Of a DNA stretch of 64,000 nucleotides, positions 1 to 10,502 are shown piece after piece. The DNA comes from a virus, in the IMG/VR virus record IMGVR_UViG_3300020045_009368, positions 35,780 to 99,779 of that record; one strand, written 5' to 3'. The stretch's first letter is position 1; every line of letters starts with the position of its first letter. The notes beneath the pieces were generated by a model. That model ran no database searches and was not told where the DNA came from. It saw only the letters and a program-made list of their open reading frames with translations. Position numbers and translations under genes: made by a program.

Positions 1-159
1 ATTTATACGATCTTTATTTAATTCTCTATATATTCTTTCTCGTTCTAAAATTTTAATTTTATTTTTTTGATAATAAATTTTAGATTTTTCACTTATTTCT
101 TCTTTCTTTTCTAACTTTCGCTTTTTATCATATTCAGCTTTCTTTTCTTTTGCTGTCAT
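1..159 (-). CDS. Partial ORF running off the window; basic N-terminus, possibly an HNH-type endonuclease
   Basis: ATG at 159 reads MTAKEKKAEYDKKRKLEKKEEISEKSKIYYQKNKIKILERERIYRELIKDRI with no stop; Lys/Tyr/Glu repeats are typical of the N-termini of phage HNH proteins. Confidence 0.4.
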   Translation of the reverse strand, partial: MTAKEKKAEYDKKRKLEKKEEISEKSKIYYQKNKIKILERERIYRELNKDRIN

Positions 160-168
160 AATAAAACT

Positions 169-1239
169 TTATAAATTTAATACGTGACCGTTTGTATTAT
201 CATAACTCTGACTATCTTGCATCCATAATGGAGTACCGTTATCTGCAGTTCTAGTTTGTTTAGCTATTTTTTCTAAATCTTTAATTGCATTAGATTTTGC
301 AGGAGTAGTAAGTTTTGAATAATCTTTAAATCCATTTGTTAACTCATAAAACATATGCATACGTGCTTCAAATTCTAAAGGATTTTCTCTACGATCTCTC
401 ATGAATTTATTTTCAAATTCTCCATCTGGAGATTTTCCAACAATTTCAGTGATATTTTTATAAACTTTATCTTGAATAACTTTAGTTAGTTTTAAACCTT
501 TTACTAATTCTTTAGATTCATAAATAGTTTGTTTAAGTTCTTTATCTAGATTTTCTTGAGCAATTCTATCTTGTTCAATTTTTTGTTTATAATTTTCTTG
601 TTCTTGTATAATTTGTCTTTTTTGAAATTCTTTAAGACTTTCTAAAGATTCAACAGCATCTTCTAAAATTGCATCATCACCCAAATCAATTAATCTTTTT
701 AACATACGAGATGTTTTAGCTTGATCTAATCCTTGATTTTGTAAATCTTGTTGAATTATTTGTTTAGCTAAAGATAAATCTTCTTTTAAAGTATCTTCAG
801 TAATTACAGATAGGTCTTGTATAGCTTTTTTACTTTGTGCTATTTTATTAACATCAATATTATTAATAAAATCTTCATTAAGTTTTAAAGCTTGAATTTC
901 TTGTTCTTTTTTAAATGCAGATACTAAATCATCAACAGATTTAATAGGTGTATTTTCGATGTCCAATGAAGGTAGTAATCCTTGTTCGTAAACAACGGTA
1001 GCTAAAGAAGAATATAAGTTGGAAGAAGGTTCACTACCCTCATCACTACCTTCATCTTGTCCATCTTCCTCATCTACTTCCTCTGGACTTTCATCCTCGA
1101 CTTGGTTATCAATATTTTCTATTACAGATTCATCTGTAATTATTTCATCATCTTCTGAGTTTTCTTCAAAATTAGGAATTAAACCAAAGTTTAATTCGGT
1201 ATTATCAAAGAAACCCATATTTAAATTCTCTTCTTCCAT
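169..1239 (-). CDS. Acidic coiled-coil protein downstream of portal; putative capsid scaffolding protein (crAss capsid-module gene)
   Basis: 356 aa, very acidic N-terminus, helical; directly after portal as in the crAss-like TerL-portal-X-MCP order; has its own promoter. Confidence 0.55.
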   Translation of the reverse strand: MEEENLNMGFFDNTELNFGLIPNFEENSEDDEIITDESVIENIDNQVEDESPEEVDEEDGQDEGSDEGSEPSSNLYSSLATVVYEQGLLPSLDIENTPIKSVDDLVSAFKKEQEIQALKLNEDFINNIDVNKIAQSKKAIQDLSVITEDTLKEDLSLAKQIIQQDLQNQGLDQAKTSRMLKRLIDLGDDAILEDAVESLESLKEFQKRQIIQEQENYKQKIEQDRIAQENLDKELKQTIYESKELVKGLKLTKVIQDKVYKNITEIVGKSPDGEFENKFMRDRRENPLEFEARMHMFYELTNGFKDYSKLTTPAKSNAIKDLEKIAKQTRTADNGTPLWMQDSQSYDNTNGHVLNL

Positions 1240-1272
1240 AAGTAAATTTATTATGTTTTTTCTTTAAGTTTA

Positions 1273-1350
1273 CAAATATAATATAAAACTAAAAAAATTC
1301 CAAATATTAATTAATATATTTTCAATATTTGGAAGATTTTTAATAGCTTT
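1273..1350 (-). promoter_or_regulatory. Bacteroidota sigma70-type promoter (-7 TATATTTG, -33 TTTG) with upstream AAAGCTATTA box
   Basis: caaatata at 1273-1280 (rc TATATTTG); taatagcttt at 1341-1350; an 11-bp inverted repeat ttccaaatatt/aatatttggaa overlaps the -33 element. Confidence 0.7.
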
Positions 1351-3765
1351 TTATGTATTTGTTTTCTTCTTAATTCTTGCAATTTGTTGATCAACTTTTT
1401 TAGCTTCCATTGAATCTTTATGTTTTAACATATCGTTATCTAAAGCTTTTAATTTTAAAGTATAATCTTTTCTAGCTTTTTCTACATCTAATTCAAATTT
1501 ATTAATATCTAAAGGATCTGCAATACCATCATCATTTGTATCATTAGCTTCTAAGTTTCCACCTTTATCACTAATTTCTGCAATGTAACGTCTAGTATCA
1601 TTATCTCTAATATTTTTAGTATCTTCTAATTGAAGTTTTCTTTCTTCTAAATCTTTACGATATTGTAGATCTTCTTGAGCTATTTTATTTTGTTGTTCAC
1701 CTTGTTGAGATTGACGTTGTGCCATTTCATCTTCAGCATTTTCAAGTTTTCTTCTCATATCTTGTAATGATGGACTAAAATAAATATCCATAATTGTTGA
1801 CATAGAACCACCATTTTGAATAAACGCTTGAGCATATTGTTTAATAGCTTGTTCAAGCTCCATTGTTTTAGCCGTAGAAGTAACTAATATACCATAATCA
1901 GATTCAGCAAGAGTTTCACCTTCCATATTTAAAACTTCTATAGTTTGATCATCTAAGATATATTGAACTTTTTTGTTTTCAACATCTCTTAATGCAACTT
2001 TAGCTGTTTCTAAAAAAGCTTCTAAAACTCTAATTTTAACTGATTCATGTAACATAAACCAATATTCTGTAATATGACTAGATTGATTAACAGAACGTTC
2101 TACACCACCAACAGTTTCTCTATTAGCAACTTGACCTTCACGTTGTCTAGATACACCACACAATTCACCCATTTCCATTTTAATGAATTCAAGTAATTGT
2201 ATATGTTGTTGTATATAAGCACCAGTTTCCATATCAATAACAGACTGACCTTGATTTTGCATATTACCTGATAACTTACCAGTTGATGCTCCGTGATTAC
2301 CTTCTTTAAAACTATCTACAACAGCAATCTTATTTACTACAGCAAAGTGCATCCATTTCTCTATTTCCCAATTTGCAGGAACTTGAGCTAAATCTAAACG
2401 CATTATTTTACCATAGTTAGATGCAATAGCTTTATTAAGTCTATCAAATATAGCATCATACATATACTGAAAGTTTTTAGCTCTATCTATAAGAGATACT
2501 GCTTTACCTTGATTAGTATTATATATTTGACCAATAACTCCAAGATGTCCTTTAGATGGGTTATTTGCTTTTACATATTGTATTTGTCTAGGACGCATTT
2601 TTAAATAAATATCTTTACCTAATTTAACACCTTCCCAAGCTTCATTAATCCAAAATATAGTTTCTTCTTCACCTCTAGCTTTATCAGTTATGTATTCTTC
2701 TGATTCAAATCTAAATTGAGTTTCACCATATTCATCATAATATTGAATTTTTTTTACTTTACGTAATGATTTCCATCTAACTATAAATTCTCTAATGTTT
2801 CCATTTTCATCTGTATAATTAGAATTAAAAACATGTCCATTTAATTCAGCTAATCCAAATAAAGTATTATATGTATCTTTTCTACCATAAATACTTTCTT
2901 GTCCATCTCTTAATAAAGTATGATTATTTTGATCATCAGAATATCCACCTTTTGAAGTAGTGCTATATTCTGTAAGATAATCTATTTCTTCAGGTTTTAA
3001 TTCGTCGTAATATTTATCAATTAAATAATTAGGTGATTTATGATCTTCAATAATAATTAAAGACGAATCTTCGATTTTATCAGAATTACCATTTCTTACA
3101 GCTCTAACTTTTAATGGATTTAATTTATCAAAAGTAGGTTCACCATGTTCTATATCTAAGATATATATTTCTTCAGCCATAATTAAAGCATCCTTAAAAC
3201 CTTTACTAAATTTTTCTTGAAAATTAAGTTCTTGCCAATAATGTTTAAGAATTTGATTAGCCATTTTCTCACGCATGTCTTGCCAAGAATATTTCATATA
3301 CTTACCAAGCTCTTCCATTTTAGCTTTTAATTCATCATCTTGATAATTAGCTTCTAAAATAGCAGTTAATTTTTCAGTTAAAAATTTCTTTTTATCTTCT
3401 TCTTTTTTAGTAATTGCATCAGAGTTAATAACTACTGCGGACCAATCAAATCTACGTTTAATTTCTTCACCAACTAATAAATCAACTTTAGGTACAACAA
3501 TTGGATGATGAGGTATTTCATCAGAAATATATGTTGCATCTAAATGACTTGGATTAGTTACTTTAAGTAAATCTTCTTGATCTAAAATACCATTATAAAG
3601 ATTTAAATTAATTATTTTATTCTTTAAATCTTTACGAACACCTTCATTATGATAATAAGAATGTGTATCTGAATAATCTACATTATCTTTTCTCCATTCT
3701 TTATTTTTTTTACTATAAGGTAATCTCTGTAAAGGTAACGGAATTGTGTTTATTCTTGCATCCAT
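1351..3765 (-). CDS. Portal protein (crAss-like)
   Basis: 804 aa; next to TerL; IVVPKVDLLVGEE, GVSRQREGQV..RETVGGVERSV segments and a C-terminal coiled coil match crAss-type portals. Confidence 0.85.
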   Translation of the reverse strand: MDARINTIPLPLQRLPYSKKNKEWRKDNVDYSDTHSYYHNEGVRKDLKNKIINLNLYNGILDQEDLLKVTNPSHLDATYISDEIPHHPIVVPKVDLLVGEEIKRRFDWSAVVINSDAITKKEEDKKKFLTEKLTAILEANYQDDELKAKMEELGKYMKYSWQDMREKMANQILKHYWQELNFQEKFSKGFKDALIMAEEIYILDIEHGEPTFDKLNPLKVRAVRNGNSDKIEDSSLIIIEDHKSPNYLIDKYYDELKPEEIDYLTEYSTTSKGGYSDDQNNHTLLRDGQESIYGRKDTYNTLFGLAELNGHVFNSNYTDENGNIREFIVRWKSLRKVKKIQYYDEYGETQFRFESEEYITDKARGEEETIFWINEAWEGVKLGKDIYLKMRPRQIQYVKANNPSKGHLGVIGQIYNTNQGKAVSLIDRAKNFQYMYDAIFDRLNKAIASNYGKIMRLDLAQVPANWEIEKWMHFAVVNKIAVVDSFKEGNHGASTGKLSGNMQNQGQSVIDMETGAYIQQHIQLLEFIKMEMGELCGVSRQREGQVANRETVGGVERSVNQSSHITEYWFMLHESVKIRVLEAFLETAKVALRDVENKKVQYILDDQTIEVLNMEGETLAESDYGILVTSTAKTMELEQAIKQYAQAFIQNGGSMSTIMDIYFSPSLQDMRRKLENAEDEMAQRQSQQGEQQNKIAQEDLQYRKDLEERKLQLEDTKNIRDNDTRRYIAEISDKGGNLEANDTNDDGIADPLDINKFELDVEKARKDYTLKLKALDNDMLKHKDSMEAKKVDQQIARIKKKTNT

Positions 3766-4427
3766 TATACTATTCTTAAATTAGTTTTATATTGTAAATG
3801 TTTCTTTGTTAATTGAGAATGTAAAGTTTGACAAGGAATATTTAATAATTGAGAAGCTTCTTTTATTGAATTATAAAAAATACCAGTTTCCATATCTAGT
3901 AAAATTTTAGAAGTATTATTTGCTAATTTCATTTTTTCTTTAGTTTCAGAACTTAATGATTTACCTAATCTTACTAAACTCATTTTATTTTTAGTTTTAT
4001 TAGATATAATTTTACCTTTTTGTTTTTCAGATATTTTTCTTTTAACTTCTTCGGTCCTTGGAATTTTATACAATTTACTATTTTCACCAGATAAAGAAAC
4101 TATCATTTTTTGTTTTGTTTCTTCTGACATTATATATCCATGAACACCATCTCCACCATCAGTATGATTTACAAGAATTCCTGTTTTTTTGTCTATTCTA
4201 CCATAATAAGATATTAAATTTATTTCTAAATTTTTAGCTTCTTCTTTAGTTAAATTTGTATATAAAATTTCAATTGTGTATCCATATTTATTTACAAAAT
4301 TTTTCCATAAATTAGATCTACCTGATTTACTTTTTGATCTTTTTAAAGAACCAATACCAATATAAAATATTTCTCCATTAGGTTTTAAATGTTGATATAC
4401 TATTTTGTTTCTTTTTTCACCTTCCAT
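3765..4427 (-). CDS. Free-standing GIY-YIG-like homing endonuclease with NUMOD3 repeats
   Basis: VYQHLKPNGEIFYIGIG, LVNHTDGGDG, repeated (S)EETKxK(I/M)S; inserted between terL and portal with its own promoter. Confidence 0.85.
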   Translation of the reverse strand: MEGEKRNKIVYQHLKPNGEIFYIGIGSLKRSKSKSGRSNLWKNFVNKYGYTIEILYTNLTKEEAKNLEINLISYYGRIDKKTGILVNHTDGGDGVHGYIMSEETKQKMIVSLSGENSKLYKIPRTEEVKRKISEKQKGKIISNKTKNKMSLVRLGKSLSSETKEKMKLANNTSKILLDMETGIFYNSIKEASQLLNIPCQTLHSQLTKKHLQYKTNLRIV

Positions 4428-4461
4428 TTATATAAGTTTATTAAATTTTCTATTAACTTTA

Positions 4462-4538
4462 CAATATACGAAATTTTTATTCATTTTCAAAGTAATTATA
4501 AAATTATTTTATATGATTGGTTGATTTCTAATAGCTTT
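4462..4538 (-). promoter_or_regulatory. Promoter for the endonuclease/portal (-7 variant GTATATTG) with AAAGCTATTA box
   Basis: caatatac 4462-4469, ttcaaa about 4486-4491, taatagcttt 4529-4538. Confidence 0.6.
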
Positions 4539-6776
4539 CTTTTGATTATAGTTTTTATTAAAATATACATCATTACTTAAACTTTCAATTTGTTTGCCAT
4601 CATTCTCAATAGCAGCTTTACTTATTTTATATTTATCTTCTCTAAGTATAAATAACATACCTGCCGCAGATATTCTATCAAAGTTACCATCGCTATTCCA
4701 TTTCATTGCTTCTTCTATATGTGCAAGTCCTCTCATAGTATGTAAATACATCATTCCTTCTTCATTACCTAATACTGGAGTATTCATCCAATCAGCATGA
4801 AGTTTTCTACCCCATTTATTAACTTCAGCATTTGCTAATGTACCTTTAGATAAATTACCATAACCAGTACCTTTAGCTAATTGCATATCTTTAAGAATTT
4901 GAGGTGTATCACATAGTCTATGTAATTGATTCTTTTTATCAAAATAACTAAATAGACCTTTTAAGTTTTTCTCATAGTTTGCAATACCATTATAAAATTC
5001 AATTGTGCGTAAAGCTATTTCATAAGCTTCTTCAGCTAACTTAGGTCTACCTGTGTATTCACAAACTATTCTATCTGTAAAAGTATCCATTCCAATTATA
5101 CTAAATAAAGATGTACCTGCATCAGCATCAATAGGGTCAATACCAAATATATATCTACCAAAAGCAATTTCACCATTAGCATTTTCTTTAGGCATCTCAA
5201 ATATTTCTAAACAACCTTCTCTATTAGCATTATCTTTATCATAACTTCTAAGAGGAAATTTATCTGTAGTAGGTTTCCATTTAAGTTTGCCATTTTCACC
5301 TCTAATTAAATTACCTACATAATGTTCAGCTAAGAAAGAATCTTTTTTAACCATAATAGATTCAAGATGTTCTTTTAAATCAGATACAGGAAACACTGTT
5401 CCTTCAGTACGCATAATTGCTTCTTGAGGTGTAATAGGTTCTTCTGCTTTCTTTTGTGTGATTGCATTTGGATCTGTAGAACTATATTTTACAATATGTC
5501 TATCAGATAATATTTCAACTAATGCTTTAATTATGTCAGGTTCACCAACAGTTTCATCATAACACATATTACGATTCATATACGCACCCCAAAAGAAACC
5601 ACACATATTATCCCCAGTTGCATTTTTATCAAATACATTTGGTATTCCATATATATTATAACCACCAGGACTATAAAATAACTTTTCAGATCCTTCAAAA
5701 CTACCACCTTCAACTCCACCTGTACCCATTGCAATCATGAATCCAAATGTCATATTACCATCTTCTACTGCTTTTCTATTAACGTTCCAAGCTTTTTCAA
5801 GATTTGGAAATAAACCATCTTCTTCATAATGAATTAACGGTCCTCTAATACCCCTAGCTTTATCAGGATTATCTTTTAATGATATGCCATGTACAGAAGA
5901 TAATAATCCTTTACGTGAACCATATTCATCTTTAAATCCTAATTGTATTTCTAAAGTACTTCCCGCTCTATCTACAGTTCTCATTCTAGGTAATGGTGTA
6001 TGTTCTGCAATCCAATCAAGATTATCTACAACTTTACCCCAAATACCTTTATCTCCAGATAAAAAACCTTTTTCAGAAGCTAGATGAAAGTTTGGATTCC
6101 CAGATCCAGGAAACACATACATATTTCTAGGACTCCAAGATGCCGCTTTAAAAGATGCACCAATACCACGAGTCTTTAACATTTTACCATGTTTACCTCT
6201 ACGTTTAGCTTGTTCTACATAGTGGTGAAATAAATAATCACCTAACCATGGTTTACCAAACTCTTGTAATCTTTCTCCTTGTGATTTACTTCCTTCAGAT
6301 TGAGTTCCTGCTTTTTCAACAATCCAAATAGGACTATAGTTCCAATAGTAATATAACTCTCCAGGAATCCATTCACCATCACTAGGTCTTACTAATCCAT
6401 GTTTCCATCTACGCTGTTCTTCTTTCCAGAATTCAGCATATAAAGATTTAGGATTTGGATTTGGTGTTATATTAGTATATTTACCATTCTTTTTAAAAAA
6501 TAAAGCTCTTTCTCTAAAGAAATCCATATCTTCCAATATGTGAGGATTTGTTAAATCTACTTCAATTCTACCATCACCATAATCAGATGAAAGAGGTCTG
6601 TCTTTAGCATAACCTCTTATATTTTCTAGAGCAATTAATCTTTTAATAAATTCAACTGAAGATAAAGTATCTAATAATTCTAACCAAACTTCACGAGGTA
6701 AACTATTTTTAAGTTCCTCAGTAAGTTGAGTTTGATAAGAATTCATTTTATATATTATTTCTAATTCATTTTCCAT
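4509..6776 (-). CDS. terL: Terminase large subunit
   Basis: 755 aa; Walker A-like KTRGIGASFK, Walker B IHYEEDG, coupling motif GTGG, RNase H-like nuclease YIFGIDPID and NFDRISA. Confidence 0.92.
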   Translation of the reverse strand: MENELEIIYKMNSYQTQLTEELKNSLPREVWLELLDTLSSVEFIKRLIALENIRGYAKDRPLSSDYGDGRIEVDLTNPHILEDMDFFRERALFFKKNGKYTNITPNPNPKSLYAEFWKEEQRRWKHGLVRPSDGEWIPGELYYYWNYSPIWIVEKAGTQSEGSKSQGERLQEFGKPWLGDYLFHHYVEQAKRRGKHGKMLKTRGIGASFKAASWSPRNMYVFPGSGNPNFHLASEKGFLSGDKGIWGKVVDNLDWIAEHTPLPRMRTVDRAGSTLEIQLGFKDEYGSRKGLLSSVHGISLKDNPDKARGIRGPLIHYEEDGLFPNLEKAWNVNRKAVEDGNMTFGFMIAMGTGGVEGGSFEGSEKLFYSPGGYNIYGIPNVFDKNATGDNMCGFFWGAYMNRNMCYDETVGEPDIIKALVEILSDRHIVKYSSTDPNAITQKKAEEPITPQEAIMRTEGTVFPVSDLKEHLESIMVKKDSFLAEHYVGNLIRGENGKLKWKPTTDKFPLRSYDKDNANREGCLEIFEMPKENANGEIAFGRYIFGIDPIDADAGTSLFSIIGMDTFTDRIVCEYTGRPKLAEEAYEIALRTIEFYNGIANYEKNLKGLFSYFDKKNQLHRLCDTPQILKDMQLAKGTGYGNLSKGTLANAEVNKWGRKLHADWMNTPVLGNEEGMMYLHTMRGLAHIEEAMKWNSDGNFDRISAAGMLFILREDKYKISKAAIENDGKQIESLSNDVYFNKNYNQKKAIRNQPII

Positions 6777-8257
6777 TCGTTTTCTTGTAATACAATAGCT
6801 TTAGTGCTAAGTATGACTTTTGCTGTAGCAACAGCATTTAATAATGCACATCTTGTAACTTTAAGTGGATCTATAATATTTTTTTCAAAATAAGTTATTC
6901 TTGGAATATCATGCCCTTTAATATATTTTTCATCTAAATCACATCCATTTTTAGAAATTGTCCAATTTGGTTCACATAATGAATCACATATTGATAATAT
7001 AATTGGGTCTGTTGTTATAGATGAATATCTGGCTTCTAATAAAGCATAACCTGCACCTTCTACAATACCTTCTTCTAATGCGCAAGCAACTGCTTTAATA
7101 GAATCATCATATCTATCAAAACGTTCTAACATTTCATTTTTAGTTTTACCACCTACTTTAATAATAGATACTTTACCTTCTAATTTTTCAATTCTTTGAG
7201 TAAGTAACTCTTTATCGTAGTCAGTTAAATCAGAACTAGTTAATTGTTCTTTTAAAGATAATATTTTAGAATCTATATTTATATCTTCGTGTTTAACTAA
7301 TACACTATTATTTTTACTAATTTTACATGACTTCAATCTACCAAGTATTCCATTAGTATATTGTTTAGTAAAATCTTTAATTACAGTTGCTCCTGTAAAA
7401 TTAGCTAAATCATCTAACAAATCTTTTCTATGTTTAGAATAACCTGGAGTTTTAATAACTACAATCTTAACACCTGTACTTAAAACAAATGATTCTAATT
7501 TACGTAATACTTGTTCATGAATATCTTCACACATAATTACTAAAGAACAATCTTGTACTTCAGCTTGTTGTAATTGTAATTTAAATGTTTCTAATTTTTC
7601 TAATTTACCATCAAGTAATAAAATAAATACATTTTCATTATCAAACTCTACAGTACCTTTAGATTCATTAGTAACAAAATGTTTACTAAAATAAGATACT
7701 GGTAATGACATACCATCTACTAATTCTAATACATCTTCTATATTATCACTTTCTTCTATTTTAACTATGGAAGTATGGTTGTAAGCCTGTTGAATAAGTT
7801 CACCAATTTGTATATCATTATTAGCAGATATACTAGCAACATATTTAATATCTTCATGTTTTAATTCTCTTGAATTAAGTTTTAATTGTTCAATAACTTT
7901 AGGAATGATTTCATCAAAAGCTTTGTTAATATCTTTAGATTCAAAATCTTTTAAGTTGTTTACAAATGCAGTAGTAAGTACTGTTGCAGTAGTTGTACCA
8001 TCACCAGCTTCTTCTACAGTTTTATTTGCAGCTTCTCTTAATAGTTCTACACCAATATTTTCAATTGGATCTTTTAATTTAATACTATTAATAACACTGA
8101 CACCATCTTTAGTAACTACATATTTATTTAATCTAATATTTGGTATAATAACAGTAGCACCATTTGGACCCATAGTAGAAGCAACTGCATCATTAGCTTT
8201 ATTCATTCCAATGATTAATTTATCTTTTCCTTCTTTATTGTAATATATTTCTTCCAT
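6761..8257 (-). CDS. groEL: Chaperonin GroEL (phage-encoded)
   Basis: STMGPNG, VTKDGVSV, AGDGTTTATVL, AALEEGIV-like, IIDPLKVTRCAL; lacks the GGM tail; overlaps terL start by 16 nt. Confidence 0.95.
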   Translation of the reverse strand: MEEIYYNKEGKDKLIIGMNKANDAVASTMGPNGATVIIPNIRLNKYVVTKDGVSVINSIKLKDPIENIGVELLREAANKTVEEAGDGTTTATVLTTAFVNNLKDFESKDINKAFDEIIPKVIEQLKLNSRELKHEDIKYVASISANNDIQIGELIQQAYNHTSIVKIEESDNIEDVLELVDGMSLPVSYFSKHFVTNESKGTVEFDNENVFILLLDGKLEKLETFKLQLQQAEVQDCSLVIMCEDIHEQVLRKLESFVLSTGVKIVVIKTPGYSKHRKDLLDDLANFTGATVIKDFTKQYTNGILGRLKSCKISKNNSVLVKHEDINIDSKILSLKEQLTSSDLTDYDKELLTQRIEKLEGKVSIIKVGGKTKNEMLERFDRYDDSIKAVACALEEGIVEGAGYALLEARYSSITTDPIILSICDSLCEPNWTISKNGCDLDEKYIKGHDIPRITYFEKNIIDPLKVTRCALLNAVATAKVILSTKAIVLQENEWKMN

Positions 8258-8258
8258 A

Positions 8259-8522
8259 TTAATCTACTAATGTTGTTAAATTTAAATATTCTAAATTATT
8301 GTATTTTAATAATTTTTTATATTTAGTATAAATATTTTTATCAAAATCTAATATAAAAACAAATGATTTTACTTTTACATTTTTAATAGTTTTATCATAC
8401 CATATAATTTGATATGTATCTTTATTATCACTTTTTAAACAACCTGTAAAATATATTCTTTTTTTATTTTTCATATTATTCAAAATTAAGACCTCCTTCA
8501 AACATACCCATTTCACGAGCAC
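8259..8522 (-). CDS. Hypothetical protein (start probably the internal MKNKK ATG)
   Basis: ORF track; packed between neighbouring genes. Confidence 0.45.
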   Translation of the reverse strand: MLVKWVCLKEVLILNNMKNKKRIYFTGCLKSDNKDTYQIIWYDKTIKNVKVKSFVFILDFDKNIYTKYKKLLKYNNLEYLNLTTLVD

Positions 8523-9039
8523 CTTTCATACGTCCTTCTGTTTCTACTTTTTCTTTAATTAATTCTTTTTCTGCAGCTTTTAAATCTTGCATTACCGTTT
8601 TAATTTTACTAATACCTGTTACAATTCCAGCTAAAGGATTTACAGGTTTACCATTATTATCTCTTTCAGCTAATAATGCGTCTGTATGTGTTAAATATTC
8701 AGATATATCATTAGCCGCTTTTAAAGCGTTTTTATATAGTTTACCTATTACAGTTAAACTTCTTTTTTCATAGAACTCAATTGCTTCTTGTATAACTGAA
8801 TCTATTTTCCAACTATCATCTAAACCAATATCTCTTTTAATTTCAATAACTCTTTCTTTATTTTCCATAATTAAATAATCAGATTTAATATCTGCATAAT
8901 AATATATGAATAACATTTCTTTAAATGCTTGTTCTTTAGTTCTAGATTTATCTCTTTTAAGAATTGCTCGAAAAGGTAATAATCCCCAAAGATTATCTTC
9001 AACACTTAAATTACCTTCATGTAATATAAATCCATTCAT
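8476..9039 (-). CDS. Conserved crAss-like protein upstream of TerL; candidate terminase small subunit
   Basis: 187 aa helical, RDKSRTKEQAFKEMLFIYYYAD and a C-terminal coiled coil; function inferred from position. Confidence 0.45.
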   Translation of the reverse strand: MNGFILHEGNLSVEDNLWGLLPFRAILKRDKSRTKEQAFKEMLFIYYYADIKSDYLIMENKERVIEIKRDIGLDDSWKIDSVIQEAIEFYEKRSLTVIGKLYKNALKAANDISEYLTHTDALLAERDNNGKPVNPLAGIVTGISKIKTVMQDLKAAEKELIKEKVETEGRMKGAREMGMFEGGLNFE

Positions 9040-9740
9040 AATATATAATATTTAAAAGTTGTTTTATTTTTAATTTTATCAGTTAAAACTTTTTTAAACC
9101 AATCATATTTAAAATTATTATCTTCTGCACATTTTTTTATTGAATCCCAAATTTCTTTAGTTTCTGTATTTATTACAAATCTTCCTTTTTTATTTAAACC
9201 TGTTCTAATTAAACTAAATTTTATTTTTTGTTCTTCTGTTCTTTTTTTACCTTTATTAGCTAATCCAATTTTTATTTTAGTTTCTTCTGAAATTTCAATA
9301 TTAAGTAAGGATTTTTTAATATTTTCACAATGTTTTTTACTTCGTTTCATACCTGTGTGAGATTTGGACATTTTTTTCTTAGTTTCTTCAGTATGTTTGT
9401 TTCCTGTATTTATAATTCTTAATTTTTCTTTAGTTTGTTCTGAAAGTATTTTTGGAGTATGTTCAGTTTCTGTTAAAACACAATTTAAACCTATTTCAAT
9501 AACATTATAAAATTCCTGATAATATCTCTCTCTATTATTGAGTTCTTTAAACTCACATTCTTCTATAATTTCAAAAATATGATTTTCTGGTAAATATTTA
9601 TTTAAAGATCTAAATAATTTTGTTTGTTGTTTACAAGCTAATCTTTTATATTTTTGCCAACGTTTATGTATATTACAACTTTGCCCAACATAGATTTTTC
9701 CAGTTGGGCTAGTTATTTTATAAATTCCTACAATCTTCAT
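9036..9740 (-). CDS. GIY-YIG homing endonuclease with NUMOD3 repeats
   Basis: GIYKITSPTGKIYVGQS..I.KRW, ERYY, GLN, HTEETKKKMS repeats. Confidence 0.92.
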   Translation of the reverse strand: MKIVGIYKITSPTGKIYVGQSCNIHKRWQKYKRLACKQQTKLFRSLNKYLPENHIFEIIEECEFKELNNRERYYQEFYNVIEIGLNCVLTETEHTPKILSEQTKEKLRIINTGNKHTEETKKKMSKSHTGMKRSKKHCENIKKSLLNIEISEETKIKIGLANKGKKRTEEQKIKFSLIRTGLNKKGRFVINTETKEIWDSIKKCAEDNNFKYDWFKKVLTDKIKNKTTFKYYIL

Positions 9741-10123
9741 TACGATTTTTTAGCTTTATAATATTTTCTTTTAGGTTTTTCAATAACTTCTTGAACAGTT
9801 TCAACAACTATTTCATTTTTAGAAATTGAGTTTTTTAAATCTAAATGATCTTGTTTTTCTTTATTTAATTTATTAACTAAAATATTATGAATTTTCATTG
9901 TTTCTGAAGAAAATTTCTTTTCTTTATTTAATTCATCTTCTAATTTTAAACTTTTAGTTTCTACAACACCTTTTTCATATTTTTGATATAATCCATAGAT
10001 TAATCCTAATAGAGCTGTTGCTCCTGTTCCTAATTGTTCAAAAGTAAGTAACTTAAAAGCCCATGCTGTTCCTAATCCTACTACCACTAAAAGTGATGCT
10101 ATTTGTGAGTATAATTTATTCAT
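9740..10123 (-). CDS. Two-TM membrane protein with basic tail (holin-like candidate)
   Basis: Hydrophobic segments at residues ~7-25 and ~32-46, then a charged coiled coil. Confidence 0.45.
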   Translation of the reverse strand: MNKLYSQIASLLVVVGLGTAWAFKLLTFEQLGTGATALLGLIYGLYQKYEKGVVETKSLKLEDELNKEKKFSSETMKIHNILVNKLNKEKQDHLDLKNSISKNEIVVETVQEVIEKPKRKYYKAKKS

Positions 10124-10502
10124 TTGTTTGTAAAGGTTGATTGTTAATAAATACTGTTTTAACTAAACTATCATTAATGATAGCATATGTAACACCATCA
10201 TAATGAATTGGTGATAATTTAACTGTTGAAATAGTTTCATGTGTATTGTTTGGATTTGGAATATATTCCATCATCTTTTCAATATCAATTCTAACTTTAG
10301 TTCCAGGATTGATTCCTTTTACATAAGGACCTACTGCAACTACATATTGAGTTTCTGACATTACATTATCTGAATATACAAACTCTCCATCTTCTTGTTC
10401 TGTATTAAGAGTAATAATTAATTTACTCGTTGTTGGTTGTTCTGGGAATGTCAATGCTATCTCCATTACTTCCGCTTGACTCAAATTCTTCTTTTCTTCC
10501 AT
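10116..10502 (-). CDS. groES: GroES-like co-chaperonin
   Basis: PTTSKLII, YVVAVGP..KGINPGTKV, YDGVTYAIINDS match the Cpn10 pattern; 1.9 kb from groEL. Confidence 0.65.
   Translation of the reverse strand: MEEKKNLSQAEVMEIALTFPEQPTTSKLIITLNTEQEDGEFVYSDNVMSETQYVVAVGPYVKGINPGTKVRIDIEKMMEYIPNPNNTHETISTVKLSPIHYDGVTYAIINDSLVKTVFINNQPLQTNE

Noticed and set aside
1019-8243. Plus-strand ORFs 1019, 4389, 4594, 5053, 5884, 7905
   Set aside because: Antisense shadows of long minus-strand genes; Ser/Leu/Ile-rich composition.
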